Positions 36,001-44,570 of a stretch of DNA of 64,000 nucleotides are shown here, piece by piece (the stretch's first letter is position 1; each line of letters opens with the position of its first letter). A program made the translations under genes and the position numbers. The stretch spans positions 7,506 to 71,505 of the forward strand of contig DAOMOK010000025.1 in the NCBI GenBank assembly GCA_035444285.1, in the 5' to 3' direction. Origin of the DNA: Chloroflexota bacterium (GTDB lineage Bacteria > Chloroflexota > Anaerolineae > Promineifilales > Promineifilaceae). The notes under the pieces are model-generated. The model was not told the DNA's origin, did no database searches, and worked only from the letters and a program-made list of their open reading frames with translations.

Positions 36001-38904
36001 TTAGCCCACATATACAACTGAACGGTTACCAAAGTCAGCTTCATTGATGGTGTGACCTCGTCTTCTTAATTCTTCAATAGCCGCCTGCATGTAAACCGTA
36101 TTCCAGACAGTCACAGCATTCGATAGCAGATTCAAGCAGCCAGCCAGGTTCGCCAAATCATCCGGCTGCTGTTTGCGAATCTGCCCCTTGTTATCGAAAA
36201 ACAGGAAATCCCGTAAGCCGTGTACTTCTTCCCCCTTGTTGAGTTGTACCAAAATTCGCCGTCTATTGGTTGGGTCATCCAGGTAAAAAGGAATGAAAGT
36301 GCTGCGGATGAGACGGCCGTATTCCACCAGCAATTGTGTCAGTTTATGCTGGCGAGGATAAGCCAGCATTTTGTTGATAAACGTTGAAGCCGTCACCCAA
36401 CCCATCATCATCGAAGCAGCTACGCGCAATAATTCATCCCAATCATCCACAAACAAAGCCGCCTTGAGGGGGTTTTTACTCAGAAGGGGGTTGATGTTTT
36501 GGTACTTGATACTTGTATCAAGACGATAAAGTGTGTAATCGCCAATGTCACGCAGGCGCGGCGAAAACTGCATCCCCAGCAGGTCAAAAAGAGCGAACAT
36601 CATGTCGGTGTAACCAGCGGTGTCCGTCGTATGCTCTTTAATCTTCAGAACCGTCTCGTTGTCCAGGATCGCATCCAGAGTAAAAGTAGATTCCCGAATA
36701 CGAGGCGGTGTAACCAGGACACGATACTGGGAAAGCTGGTCAGATGTCCAGGTGATGACGCTCAAGCCACGCCCAAAGCCAAAGTAACGGGGCAGTGGCG
36801 AGGCTTTGTTGGTCTTACGCGCCACCGCGAATCGCTGTCCATCCGATGAAGAAAACGTGCCGCTGCCCCAATACTGGCTGAGAGGTTGTTGGTATTGAAA
36901 GTTGACTAACACATCTGTCGCTGCCTGTAAGGTCTCCTCCCGGATGTACCAGTTGGTACACCAGAGCAGCTGGTCATAAGACAGGTCGCTCAAATCGGCC
37001 ATGCCGCTGAGCGTCATATTGCAAGCTTGCGTCAAAATAGCGGCATACAGGTGGGTAGCCAAGTCAGGGATTCGGGATGTCGCGCCGCCGGCGTGGGTTA
37101 GCTGCTGGCTAAATCCAGTCCAGGCGTCTACTTCAGCCAGAAGCTGTCCCAGTTGAATGGCCGGCAGCAAAGGCCCTGTCTTTTTGGCCAGTGGGTGCTC
37201 CTGGCGGATTTCCTCTTCCTCTTTATCCAGCGGTGACAAGACCAGTTCGCCATTCTCGAACCGGACAAATTCATTCTTGGCAAATCCCTTGTCCAGACGG
37301 GCCAGGTTCTCTTCTAATGCGGCCTGCTTCAGTTCCAGTTGCACAGCGCCATCTGCGGGGATACCCACCATCTCACAGTACGTCTGTCGTAGTTGCTCCC
37401 AACGTGCTTTCGGTATCAGGTAGCTGTCCAGATTGGCATACTGGCGGCTGCCTTCCAACCAGACGGCTCCGGAGCGAAGGGAATCACGCAGGTCGGAAAG
37501 GGCGCACATCTCATAATCGCGCCGATTAACAGTACCATCTCGATTCAAGACACGACTCCGCCATTGCGCCGGTACAAATTCAGTTGGCACTTCGGCAAAC
37601 GTCGCCGGCAACAGCGTCTCGTCGGCCTCATTCATTTCGCGCAGGACATCCAATGCTTCCAGTAAACTCTCTTTGTCGGCATAATTGTGGAAGGTCAACG
37701 CTTTCAAGAAGGCCGGGGTGAAGCGGCGAAAATAGCTGTAACGTTTATCGAAGAAATCCAGAAGGGTGCGTTTACGGCCGGCAATGAAAAAGGACTCCAC
37801 CTCATCCAGGGCTATTTGTAGGGTGTCTACTGGTACCTGTTTGTAAATGGTCGGGCGAATAGCTTCATCAGCTACCGCCTCATCCAGAACTACCTGGCTC
37901 ATGTCCCGAAAGTAGCCGATCACCGCTTGCATATGGACCATGAACTGTAACTGGAATTCCTGCAAATCGCGCTTGGATCGGCGATAGGCATCGGCCAGAC
38001 ACAGGTCAAACAGTTCGATCAGTTCATCAATCGTTTTTTCGTGCGCCCAGAGGAGAAAGGCAACCAGGATGGCATATCGTTTGGCCACCGGCTTCTTCCG
38101 TTTGAGTCCCTGGGGGCTGGTGTAACGGGACACCTGGGCCAGATAGCGAATCCGGCTGGGCGGAAGTTCATCCACCGGCCAGGTGGTCACTGCCCATTGG
38201 CGAATGAAAGCCAGTTTTTGCAGCGCTTCCAAAATATCTTTATCACTATGCCCTGTGGCAAAGCGGCGCAACCACAGGATGGGAGACTTGTCGTGTTCTT
38301 CACTGGGTATCAACAAGGTATCCAGCGACTTTTGTACCCGTGCCGACAGCGGGTTGACCAGGACTTCTATCGTTTTTGCTTCAGCCCACTGCCGGGCATC
38401 GGCCACCAACTCTTCCATTGTGGTGATCGCCGGTCGCACCAGGCGCAACTGGTAGAGCCGTTCACAGGCTTGTTGTAACAGTGTTGAGGGACGGTCATGT
38501 TCCAAAACCCGCTCGCCCAACCAGGCGATCAGGCTTTCGCGGTCGTCAGGCTGCACTCGACGAAAATCAAGGTGCTGCATCAGCACAGGCAGATGTTCGC
38601 GGCGCGTTTCGTCCCGGTCGGCATAATCGGCCAAAACGATGGGCGACAGTTGTAGCTGATTGGACACGAAAGCCACGACATTTTCCGGGGTATGGTTGAT
38701 GCTGGCCGGAAAATAGCCCAGGTAGCGCAAGCTGCACAACAGCAAGGCCAGCCCCAACCGATTTTCTCCACCCCTCCTGCTGCTAATGAGTTCCATATCG
38801 GCCGGGGTGAGCGTGAAGTAGACAATGCAATCTGCCTCAGTCACTTCATCGGGAAATTGACTCAAGCGTTCACGCTCAACCTGGCTCAAGAATCGCCGGG
38901 GCAT
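36001..38904 (-). CDS. tnpA: Tn3-family transposase
   Basis: 967 aa. N-terminal DUF4158-like FLSQVERERLSQFPDEV...NRLGLALLLCSLRYLGYFP and a C-terminal DDE region HTTDTAGYTDMMFALFDLLGMQFSPRLRD. Confidence 0.95.
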   Translation of the reverse strand: MPRRFLSQVERERLSQFPDEVTEADCIVYFTLTPADMELISSRRGGENRLGLALLLCSLRYLGYFPASINHTPENVVAFVSNQLQLSPIVLADYADRDETRREHLPVLMQHLDFRRVQPDDRESLIAWLGERVLEHDRPSTLLQQACERLYQLRLVRPAITTMEELVADARQWAEAKTIEVLVNPLSARVQKSLDTLLIPSEEHDKSPILWLRRFATGHSDKDILEALQKLAFIRQWAVTTWPVDELPPSRIRYLAQVSRYTSPQGLKRKKPVAKRYAILVAFLLWAHEKTIDELIELFDLCLADAYRRSKRDLQEFQLQFMVHMQAVIGYFRDMSQVVLDEAVADEAIRPTIYKQVPVDTLQIALDEVESFFIAGRKRTLLDFFDKRYSYFRRFTPAFLKALTFHNYADKESLLEALDVLREMNEADETLLPATFAEVPTEFVPAQWRSRVLNRDGTVNRRDYEMCALSDLRDSLRSGAVWLEGSRQYANLDSYLIPKARWEQLRQTYCEMVGIPADGAVQLELKQAALEENLARLDKGFAKNEFVRFENGELVLSPLDKEEEEIRQEHPLAKKTGPLLPAIQLGQLLAEVDAWTGFSQQLTHAGGATSRIPDLATHLYAAILTQACNMTLSGMADLSDLSYDQLLWCTNWYIREETLQAATDVLVNFQYQQPLSQYWGSGTFSSSDGQRFAVARKTNKASPLPRYFGFGRGLSVITWTSDQLSQYRVLVTPPRIRESTFTLDAILDNETVLKIKEHTTDTAGYTDMMFALFDLLGMQFSPRLRDIGDYTLYRLDTSIKYQNINPLLSKNPLKAALFVDDWDELLRVAASMMMGWVTASTFINKMLAYPRQHKLTQLLVEYGRLIRSTFIPFYLDDPTNRRRILVQLNKGEEVHGLRDFLFFDNKGQIRKQQPDDLANLAGCLNLLSNAVTVWNTVYMQAAIEELRRRGHTINEADFGNRSVVYVG

Positions 38905-38934
38905 CGTGCTGCCATTCCTATCCCACCCATGTTG

Positions 38935-39811
38935 CTAATCCACCTGGATGTTGCCCATTCGCTCCATCCGGTTGGCCAGGTCTTCTGGGGTGGGTTTGGT
39001 GTAAACCATCACGGTGTTCAAGTCGCTGTGTCCTAACAAAGCGGCCAAACCACGCAAATCATCGGGATTGGCCTTAAGATAGTGTGTGGCAAAGGTATGT
39101 CGCAGGACATGAGGGCCGAAGGGGTCCAGTTGAACACGGAGGGCATATCTTTTGAGAATACGCAGGACTCAACTGCGATGGGTCAAAGGCCCTTGCTTTC
39201 CCCACCATAACGGTGTTTCCTCCTCTTGATGCCCGACTGCCGGACCGGTTTCCAGATAATCTGCCAGGGCCTGCCGCACTTCCTGGGTTAAAGGTACCTC
39301 TCGATAGCCACCCTGTTTGCCCTCCCGCACGATGACCCATCCCGACCGGTCGCGCAGGACAACATCGCCTATTTGCAATTGGAGCAACTCCCCTACCCGC
39401 AAGCCGGTGCCGGCCAGCATTTCAATGATGGCCACATCACGGGCCGAGCCACCGTTGTGAACAGCCCGTAGTAGCCGACGTAATTGCCTGGTGGAAAGAC
39501 TTTGCGGCTGCAACGGCACCACTCGAATGGTGGTCACATCCACCGTTGGGTCGCGGGATACCTGGTCGTGAGCGAGTGCCCACCTATAACAAGGAAGAGA
39601 CAGCCACCAGGCGCTGGTTGATGGTGTTGGGAGCGGCTTTCTCGACACTTTGCTGGTACGATTTCCAATCGCGGATGTCGCGGGCAATGAGGCGCGTCGG
39701 GTCACAAGATTCCCCATATGTCCCCTGATACCAACGGGCCAGGTGATGCCAGCCGCGCCGATAGGCTTTGAGGGTATGTGAGCTGCGGCCCTGCGCCGTC
39801 AGGTGTTCCAA
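38935..39811 (-). pseudogene. Tyrosine recombinase (TnpI/XerC-like) with a frameshift and an in-frame TGA
   Basis: The N-terminal SAM-like part (TLKAYRRGWHHLARWY...INQRLVAVSSL) shifts frame near 39590. The middle part reads ARDVAIIEMLAGTGLRVGEL. After the TGA at 39169-39171 the same frame reads VLRILKRYA...PHVLRHTFATHYL...LLGHSDLNTVMVYT. Confidence 0.8.
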
Positions 39812-39866
39812 CCAGGTTTCAATGAGCCAATCGGCTGTTCTGGTGCTGCCATTTGACCTTCCAAGT

Positions 39867-39976
39867 TATTATGTTGCGAAAAATTCAGGCGTTAACTATA
39901 CAGAATTCGGGGAAGTTATGGCCTATGAGGGACGTATTGGCAACATAATGACACTTATCGCGTCTATTATGTTGCG
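39867..39976. promoter_or_regulatory. Candidate recombinase target site (three copies of ATTATGTTGC)
   Basis: GCAACATAAT (39940-39949) and ATTATGTTGC (39966-39975) form a 10-bp inverted pair with a 16-bp spacer. A further direct copy, TATTATGTTGCG, lies at 39867-39878. All sit between the recombinase 5' end and the IR. Confidence 0.45.
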
Positions 39977-40012
39977 TACCAGAACGCTGGAAAACGGAAG
40001 TTTTAACCCGAC

Positions 40013-40050
40013 CTTAGCGTACAGTTTCGTCCTTTTGCTCCAAAAACCCC
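40013..40050 (-). repeat. 38-bp Tn3-family terminal inverted repeat
   Basis: Read inward it is GGGGTTTTTGGAGCAAAAGGACGAAACTGTACGCTAAG. The GGGG start and ACGCTAAG inner end match canonical Tn3/Tn21/Tn4430-type IRs. Confidence 0.7.
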
Positions 40051-40152
40051 ATGAAGAACATTCTCGCCAAACTCCACCTCCGCAACCGGCGCCAGGCAGC
40101 CGCCTATGGCGTCGCTCGTGGCTGGCTGCCTCGCCCCAAAGGGCGCATCTAG
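40051..40152 (+). pseudogene. LuxR-type HTH C-terminal remnant abutting the transposon end
   Basis: MKNILAKLHLRNRRQAAAYGVARGWL fits the last helix of a GerE/LuxR domain (..NIL.KL.V.NR.QA...A...G). Only 33 codons remain. Confidence 0.45.
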
Positions 40153-40526
40153 CATCCCCTTCTCCCCCTTCTGGCAAAAATAGCCCTTTTCTTCCCTCCT
40201 CTGCCTTCTATGGGCCATGTCCTGCGGACTGCTTCTCCCTAAAATACAGGGTATACCCAATGTGCGACTTTTTCTTGACCTATATCTGGGCAAACATTGC
40301 CTAAAAGCAACAATTCTCCAAGATATAGACTGAGCATGCTTTTCAGGCCTATTACAGATTTTGTCATAGAGCAGTAGCAACGAATTGCAGTTTTCCATAT
40401 ATGGGCAATTAGGTGTGATTATGTTTGTTTTTCGCCATATCTGCATCTTGGAAAGTCGCACGTTAGGTAGGGTATGTCAATGAGGAAAAATTTTTGTTAC
40501 TCTGCACAACAGAGGAGGACATACAC

Positions 40527-40784
40527 ATGGCTGACCCATCTTCCTACAGCACACCACGCTGGGTAAAGATTTTTGCCCTCATCGCTGTCGTCCTGGTTCT
40601 GCTGGTTGTCATTGTAATGCTCATAATCGGTGGCGACCACGGCCCAGGTCGTCACACGCCATCTGGCGGCGCCGGCGACGCGCCAACGACCCTGGTGGTC
40701 ACATATCGCCCAGAGAACATGGCGGACAGCCCTGAACGGAGTAGCGGGAACTTTAGCTATAACCATGCCGCCTGGCCTGCGTAA
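40527..40784 (+). CDS. Small single-TM protein with GGDHGPGRH motif
   Basis: MADPSSYSTPRWVKIFALIAVVLVLLVVIVMLIIGGDHGPGRHTPSGG. GAGGAGG RBS upstream. Confidence 0.5.
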   Translation: MADPSSYSTPRWVKIFALIAVVLVLLVVIVMLIIGGDHGPGRHTPSGGAGDAPTTLVVTYRPENMADSPERSSGNFSYNHAAWPA

Positions 40785-41292
40785 GTTTGCCCTCACCATG
40801 CATATCACGTTTTCGGTTGGCTGGATTGGCGCCGTCGCTGCTTATATCGCGCTTGATATGAGCACGGCGACCAGCCAGGATGTTCAGACGTTACGCGCCG
40901 CCTATCTGGCGATGGCCCTGATTGCCGGGTACGTTATCGTCCCATAGGCCTTCGTCTCGCTGCTCACGGGGCTTGTCATGTCACTAGGGACCAGGTGGGG
41001 TTTGTTCCGGCACTATTGGGTCCTGATCTCACTCTTACTGACTGTCATTGCCACGGCCGTCTTGTTGGCTGAGACGCGGACAATCAGCTATCTTGCAGGC
41101 ATAGCCGCAGACCCGGCCACGGCCGTTGACGATCTGCGCGCCCTGGAAAGCACCCTGGTCCACTCTGTTAGCGGCCTGGTGGTATTGCTCGTGATCATGT
41201 GGCTCAATGTGTACAAGCCACGAGGTCTGACCCCCTATGGATGGCGTAAACAGCAAGAGGAGCGCAGGCAGCGGACGGTGTCTAGGCCATAA
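40765..41292 (+). pseudogene. Four-TM membrane protein interrupted by an in-frame TAG (40945-40947)
   Basis: ORFs 40765-40947 and 40978-41292 are in the same phase with no other stop. The hydrophobic segment reads across the TAG: ...LIAGYVIVP[TAG]AFVSLLTGLVMSLGTRWGLFRHYWV. Confidence 0.55.
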
Positions 41293-41422
41293 AGGGGTAA
41301 TCCGCTGGTAACGCGCTCGCATGCATGCTGTTGCTTTCTTGTCAATCACGGTCACTCACAATAAAACTTTAGCATAGGGTACAGGCCGGTCTGGCAACAG
41401 CGCCATCTGGCCTGCACGTCGC

Positions 41423-41626
41423 TTAGAACTGCGGTTGCCGGTGCGGCCGGCGCGGCTTCTTTTTGACCTTTTCGCCCATTTCCGGCCGGGCATACGCTTT
41501 GGGGGCGCGCTCAAATTCTGACTGGCACTGGGGGCAGCACAGAAAGTAGGCGACGCCTTCGTACTCGATAATGATATGCGCCTTGCTACGATTCATGCGT
41601 TTGCCGCATACGGGGTCTTTTAACAT
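41423..41626 (-). CDS. YHS/TRASH-domain metal-binding protein
   Basis: MLKDPVCGKRM...VAYFLCCPQCQSEF. GGAAGG RBS. Start set at 41626. Confidence 0.8.
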   Translation of the reverse strand: MLKDPVCGKRMNRSKAHIIIEYEGVAYFLCCPQCQSEFERAPKAYARPEMGEKVKKKPRRPHRQPQF

Positions 41627-41669
41627 GGTAAACCTTCCTTTTTGATTGATTACAACAACGAAAGCTGAT

Positions 41670-41975
41670 TTACCAGCCTGCATTGACTGTCATAGCCTGG
41701 TAGGTGTGCCGCCCATCGTTCCCGGCCTGGGCTACAGCCTCTAACAGCGCCGGAAACGTGACCAGGTCGGGGTTAAACGTGATCTGGGCACTTCCCGTGA
41801 CATGATCCACCACCACATTAGTGACGCCGTAAAGGGCAATCAAACTGTTGCCAACCCGGGCGGCGCAGTTAGGACAACCCATGCCGGCCACGGCCAGCAG
41901 CGCCAGGCGCGTTTTCTGATATTCTTCCATGGTCACTTTCTTGTGCAGCGATTGCACCTCGCAATTCTCGTTCAT
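41670..41975 (-). CDS. Heavy-metal-associated (HMA) domain protein, CopZ-like
   Basis: GMGCPNCAARVGNSL (MxCxxC-type motif) within a ferredoxin-like repeat pattern. Confidence 0.8.
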   Translation of the reverse strand: MNENCEVQSLHKKVTMEEYQKTRLALLAVAGMGCPNCAARVGNSLIALYGVTNVVVDHVTGSAQITFNPDLVTFPALLEAVAQAGNDGRHTYQAMTVNAGW

Positions 41976-41976
41976 C

Positions 41977-42618
41977 TCAATTTCCTCTTTTTACAAAATT
42001 TTGGGTAAACGCCAGCGGTGTGCCCCAATACCGGGTTGGTTCAAAACCGACCGCCTGGCCCAGGTTTAACACGGTTGGCCGGGTCTGATAGTGCGGGTCA
42101 GGAAAGATTTCGGTGATAGAGAGCGTGCCGCCGGGCTTGAGCAGACGCCACAGATTACGAAGCGCCGCTTCCCGGTTGGGAATCTCGCCCAGAACGGTGA
42201 CCAGCCAGGCGCGGTCAAAACTGTTTGCGGGCAGGGAATTATCGCCGAAAATGTCGGCTAATTGGGGCGTGATATTGGCCACGCCGGCTTCTGCCGCCCG
42301 CTCTTGCAGGCGGGCCAGCATTGACGATTGAATGTCCAAAGCAACGACACGGCCGTCAGACCCCACTCGTTGCGCCGCCGGAATAGCCAGGCGGCCCGGC
42401 CCGCTGCCCACGTCGAGGACATGTTCGCCGGGCTGCAAGCCGATGCGATCCAGCGTGGTTTGTGTACCGGCTACGGCTTCGGTCAGGGGATTATCAAGTA
42501 CGCCTGCCAGCCAGGAGGGACAGGGCAACTGGCGCCGGCGGCTGGCCCAACGCCACCAGATGCCGGCGCCGATGAGCGTCGTTATCAGCGCCAGTAGACC
42601 AAACAGGGTTTTCTTCAC
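41977..42618 (-). CDS. Membrane-anchored class I SAM-dependent methyltransferase
   Basis: N-terminal TM helix. Motif I VLDVGSGPGRLAIPAA, then VVALDIQSSML and LKPGGTLSI. Confidence 0.8.
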   Translation of the reverse strand: MKKTLFGLLALITTLIGAGIWWRWASRRRQLPCPSWLAGVLDNPLTEAVAGTQTTLDRIGLQPGEHVLDVGSGPGRLAIPAAQRVGSDGRVVALDIQSSMLARLQERAAEAGVANITPQLADIFGDNSLPANSFDRAWLVTVLGEIPNREAALRNLWRLLKPGGTLSITEIFPDPHYQTRPTVLNLGQAVGFEPTRYWGTPLAFTQNFVKRGN

Positions 42619-42634
42619 GAGATCATCCTCCGGC

Positions 42635-43129
42635 CTATCGTGGCGGCCATGCGCCCGTCACGTTTTCAAGTTGTGGTGGATCGCCGCCAGAAATGCGCCA
42701 GCCACGGGGTGTTTTGAGCAGGGCCAGGTTTTGGGTGGCCTGGGCGCTATAAACGGCCGTGCCACCACGCACAACGCTGAAATGAAGCCGGTAAGTCACC
42801 CGCGCCAGGCCGGCCTCTTCATGTACTTCAAGCCCGCTGATGGTAAACGAGTGAAACTGCAACGTGTTGTTAGCGGGCAATTGAGCCACAAAATCTTTGT
42901 AGGCCTGTTGCGTTTCGGCCAACCCGGCCGCCTGGGCGCCCTCTGCTTCCGTGGCAAAGTACATGTCCAGCGCGTCTGGATTGCGGCGATTCAAGCCGGC
43001 CAGGGTGGCCGCTTGCGCCTCATCCATGAACTGCCGTATGGCTCTTTCCTCTGCGCCTCGCTGCCGTATTAGCCAGACAGCGCTGCTGGCCAGAACGACC
43101 AGCACAATAACACTCAGGATTTTCTTCAT
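42635..43129 (-). CDS. Membrane-anchored hypothetical protein (possibly NTF2-like fold)
   Basis: N-terminal TM or signal segment. ATGA overlap with the upstream gene. No recognisable motif. Confidence 0.45.
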   Translation of the reverse strand: MKKILSVIVLVVLASSAVWLIRQRGAEERAIRQFMDEAQAATLAGLNRRNPDALDMYFATEAEGAQAAGLAETQQAYKDFVAQLPANNTLQFHSFTISGLEVHEEAGLARVTYRLHFSVVRGGTAVYSAQATQNLALLKTPRGWRISGGDPPQLENVTGAWPPR

Positions 43130-43782
43130 GGCACACCTTCCTCAACGACCGGCGGCCGGCGGGGAAAGAAGGCAGGCACATTGGCGGCATATTGAGCATA
43201 AGCTTCGCCAAACTCCGCCAGCGCCTCGCGTTCCTCGCGCTGCGCCAGCCGCACATACATCACCACCAGGACGGGGAACATGAGCAGCGTAAGCAAGGTT
43301 GGCCATTGGAGTAGGAAGCCAAGCAGGATGAAGGTGAAACCGGCATACTGCGGGTGGCGCAGGTAAGCGTAGGGGCCGGTGGTGGCCAATTGGTACTCGC
43401 GTTGCGCCGTGTAAAGCACCTTCCAGGCGGCGCTGAGCAGAGCAAAGCCGCCGCCAATGAACAGGTAACTCAACTGGTGCAGCGGGCTGAAATGGGGGTC
43501 TCCCTGCCAGCCCAGGAGGGTACTCCACAAATGGCCGCTGTTGTGCGCCAGCAGGTCAATTCCAGGGTAGCGGCTGCCCAGCCAGCCGGATAGCAGGTAA
43601 ATGGTCAGGGGGAAGCCGTACATCTCGGTGAACAGGGCGACCAGGAAGGCGGAAAATGCGCCAAAGGAGCGCCAGTCACGGCCGTTGCGCGGACGGGCAA
43701 AGCTAAAGGCGAAGATGATGAAAACGGCCGTGTTGATGATAACCAAAGGCCACAAACCATAGGCCGGCATTTCAGCGTTCAC
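43126..43782 (-). CDS. ICMT/PEMT-family membrane methyltransferase
   Basis: LATTGPYAYLRHPQYAGFTFILLG...EEREALAEFGEAYAQY is the conserved C-terminal ICMT-type signature. Confidence 0.8.
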   Translation of the reverse strand: MNAEMPAYGLWPLVIINTAVFIIFAFSFARPRNGRDWRSFGAFSAFLVALFTEMYGFPLTIYLLSGWLGSRYPGIDLLAHNSGHLWSTLLGWQGDPHFSPLHQLSYLFIGGGFALLSAAWKVLYTAQREYQLATTGPYAYLRHPQYAGFTFILLGFLLQWPTLLTLLMFPVLVVMYVRLAQREEREALAEFGEAYAQYAANVPAFFPRRPPVVEEGVP

Positions 43783-44054
43783 TCTTTTCCTCCTCCACGG
43801 TGGTCATGGTTATCCCCATGGCCGCCGTGGTCACCATGACCCCGGTGCATGAAAAGATGCAGCACCGGGCACAGGAGCAATAGGGCATAGGGCAGGATGC
43901 CGAAGACATGGGCCGTATGCTCCGTAATCAGGAAAAAAGCAGCAATAGTCAGGAAGGCCAGCAACACCAGGCCGGTGCGTGACTGGAAAAATCGTTTGGT
44001 TGATGGTTGGGGTGTCATCGTGCCTGCCTCACTTTTTACTGTCTCTTGGCCCAA
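43779..44054 (-). CDS. DUF2933-like small membrane protein with His-rich tail
   Basis: FLITEHTAHVFGILPYALLLLCPVLHLFMHRGHGDHGGHGDNHDH. Confidence 0.65.
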   Translation of the reverse strand: MGQETVKSEAGTMTPQPSTKRFFQSRTGLVLLAFLTIAAFFLITEHTAHVFGILPYALLLLCPVLHLFMHRGHGDHGGHGDNHDHRGGGKE

Positions 44055-44277
44055 AACCGGCGCGTTTGATAACCATGGTCAAATGAGCTTCATTCGTCAG
44101 CCCCGGATCGTAGACAATGTAAGCCGTCTCTGTGGCCGGGTTGGCATACACTTCAACTACCCCAGACTGCTGTGCCAGGATACGCTCCACAATCAGGACA
44201 TCCCCACTGCTACAGCCAAGGTTGTAAAGCGGCAGCGTCAAGCGCTGTGTCTGTTTGACTTCATCTTGTGTGTTCAT
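44029..44277 (-). CDS. HMA-like domain protein with degenerate metal motif
   Basis: The fold pattern is retained (LTLPLYNLGCSSGDVLIVERILAQQSGVVEVYANPATETAYIVYDP), but CxxC is replaced by C-S-S-G. Confidence 0.55.
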   Translation of the reverse strand: MNTQDEVKQTQRLTLPLYNLGCSSGDVLIVERILAQQSGVVEVYANPATETAYIVYDPGLTNEAHLTMVIKRAGFGPRDSKK

Positions 44278-44567
44278 TTTGCTACTCCTGCCGGCTTAGC
44301 CGCTTTCAGCGCGCCCAGCGGGCCAAAAATAGTTGTAAAGTGGCGAATCTCGTCCAACTCTGTGAACCCACTGCCGGTGAGCATCTCAGGTAAACGGCCG
44401 TCTAACTGTTCGGCCGTTTCTTCAAAGTGGCGGATGACGGCCGCTGCCAGGCGTGTGTACAGGTTGTGGGGTTTACCAAAGTCAAGAATGTGCAGCTCGC
44501 CGCCGGGGCGCAGAACCCGCAGCGCCTCGATAAACGTGCGCTGCTTATAAAGTGACCGGCCCTTCAT
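44274..44567 (-). pseudogene. C-terminal fragment of a class I SAM methyltransferase
   Basis: ALRVLRPGGELHILDF (post-motif II/III region) is present, but no motif I. Begins immediately after the stop of the upstream gene. Confidence 0.5.
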
Positions 44568-44570
44568 CAC

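Larger units (their letters stand above)
35901..40050 (-). mobile_element. Tn3-family transposon with Tn4430-like organisation (IR, tnpA, tyrosine recombinase, repeat-rich site, IR), decaying
   Basis: The parts are listed below. Total length is about 4150 bp, comparable to Tn4430 as I recall it. AT-richer than its flanks and almost free of ACGGCCGT. Confidence 0.7.

Noticed and set aside
35880-40152. An attempt to rejoin the LuxR remnant (40051-40152) with sequence left of the transposon, as a simple insertion with a 5-bp target duplication.
   Set aside because: The flanks (ATATG versus ATGAA) are not a duplication. The left-flank frames (e.g. VVKTICKPYI) do not continue a LuxR HTH convincingly. 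The junction is therefore not a clean single insertion.
26859-40290. The short motifs GGTATACCCA and ATATCTGGG recur near the ISL3 end (26859-26880) and in the AT-rich spacer at 40249-40290.
   Set aside because: Two 9-10-mers with different spacing are not beyond chance, and no longer alignment could be built around them.
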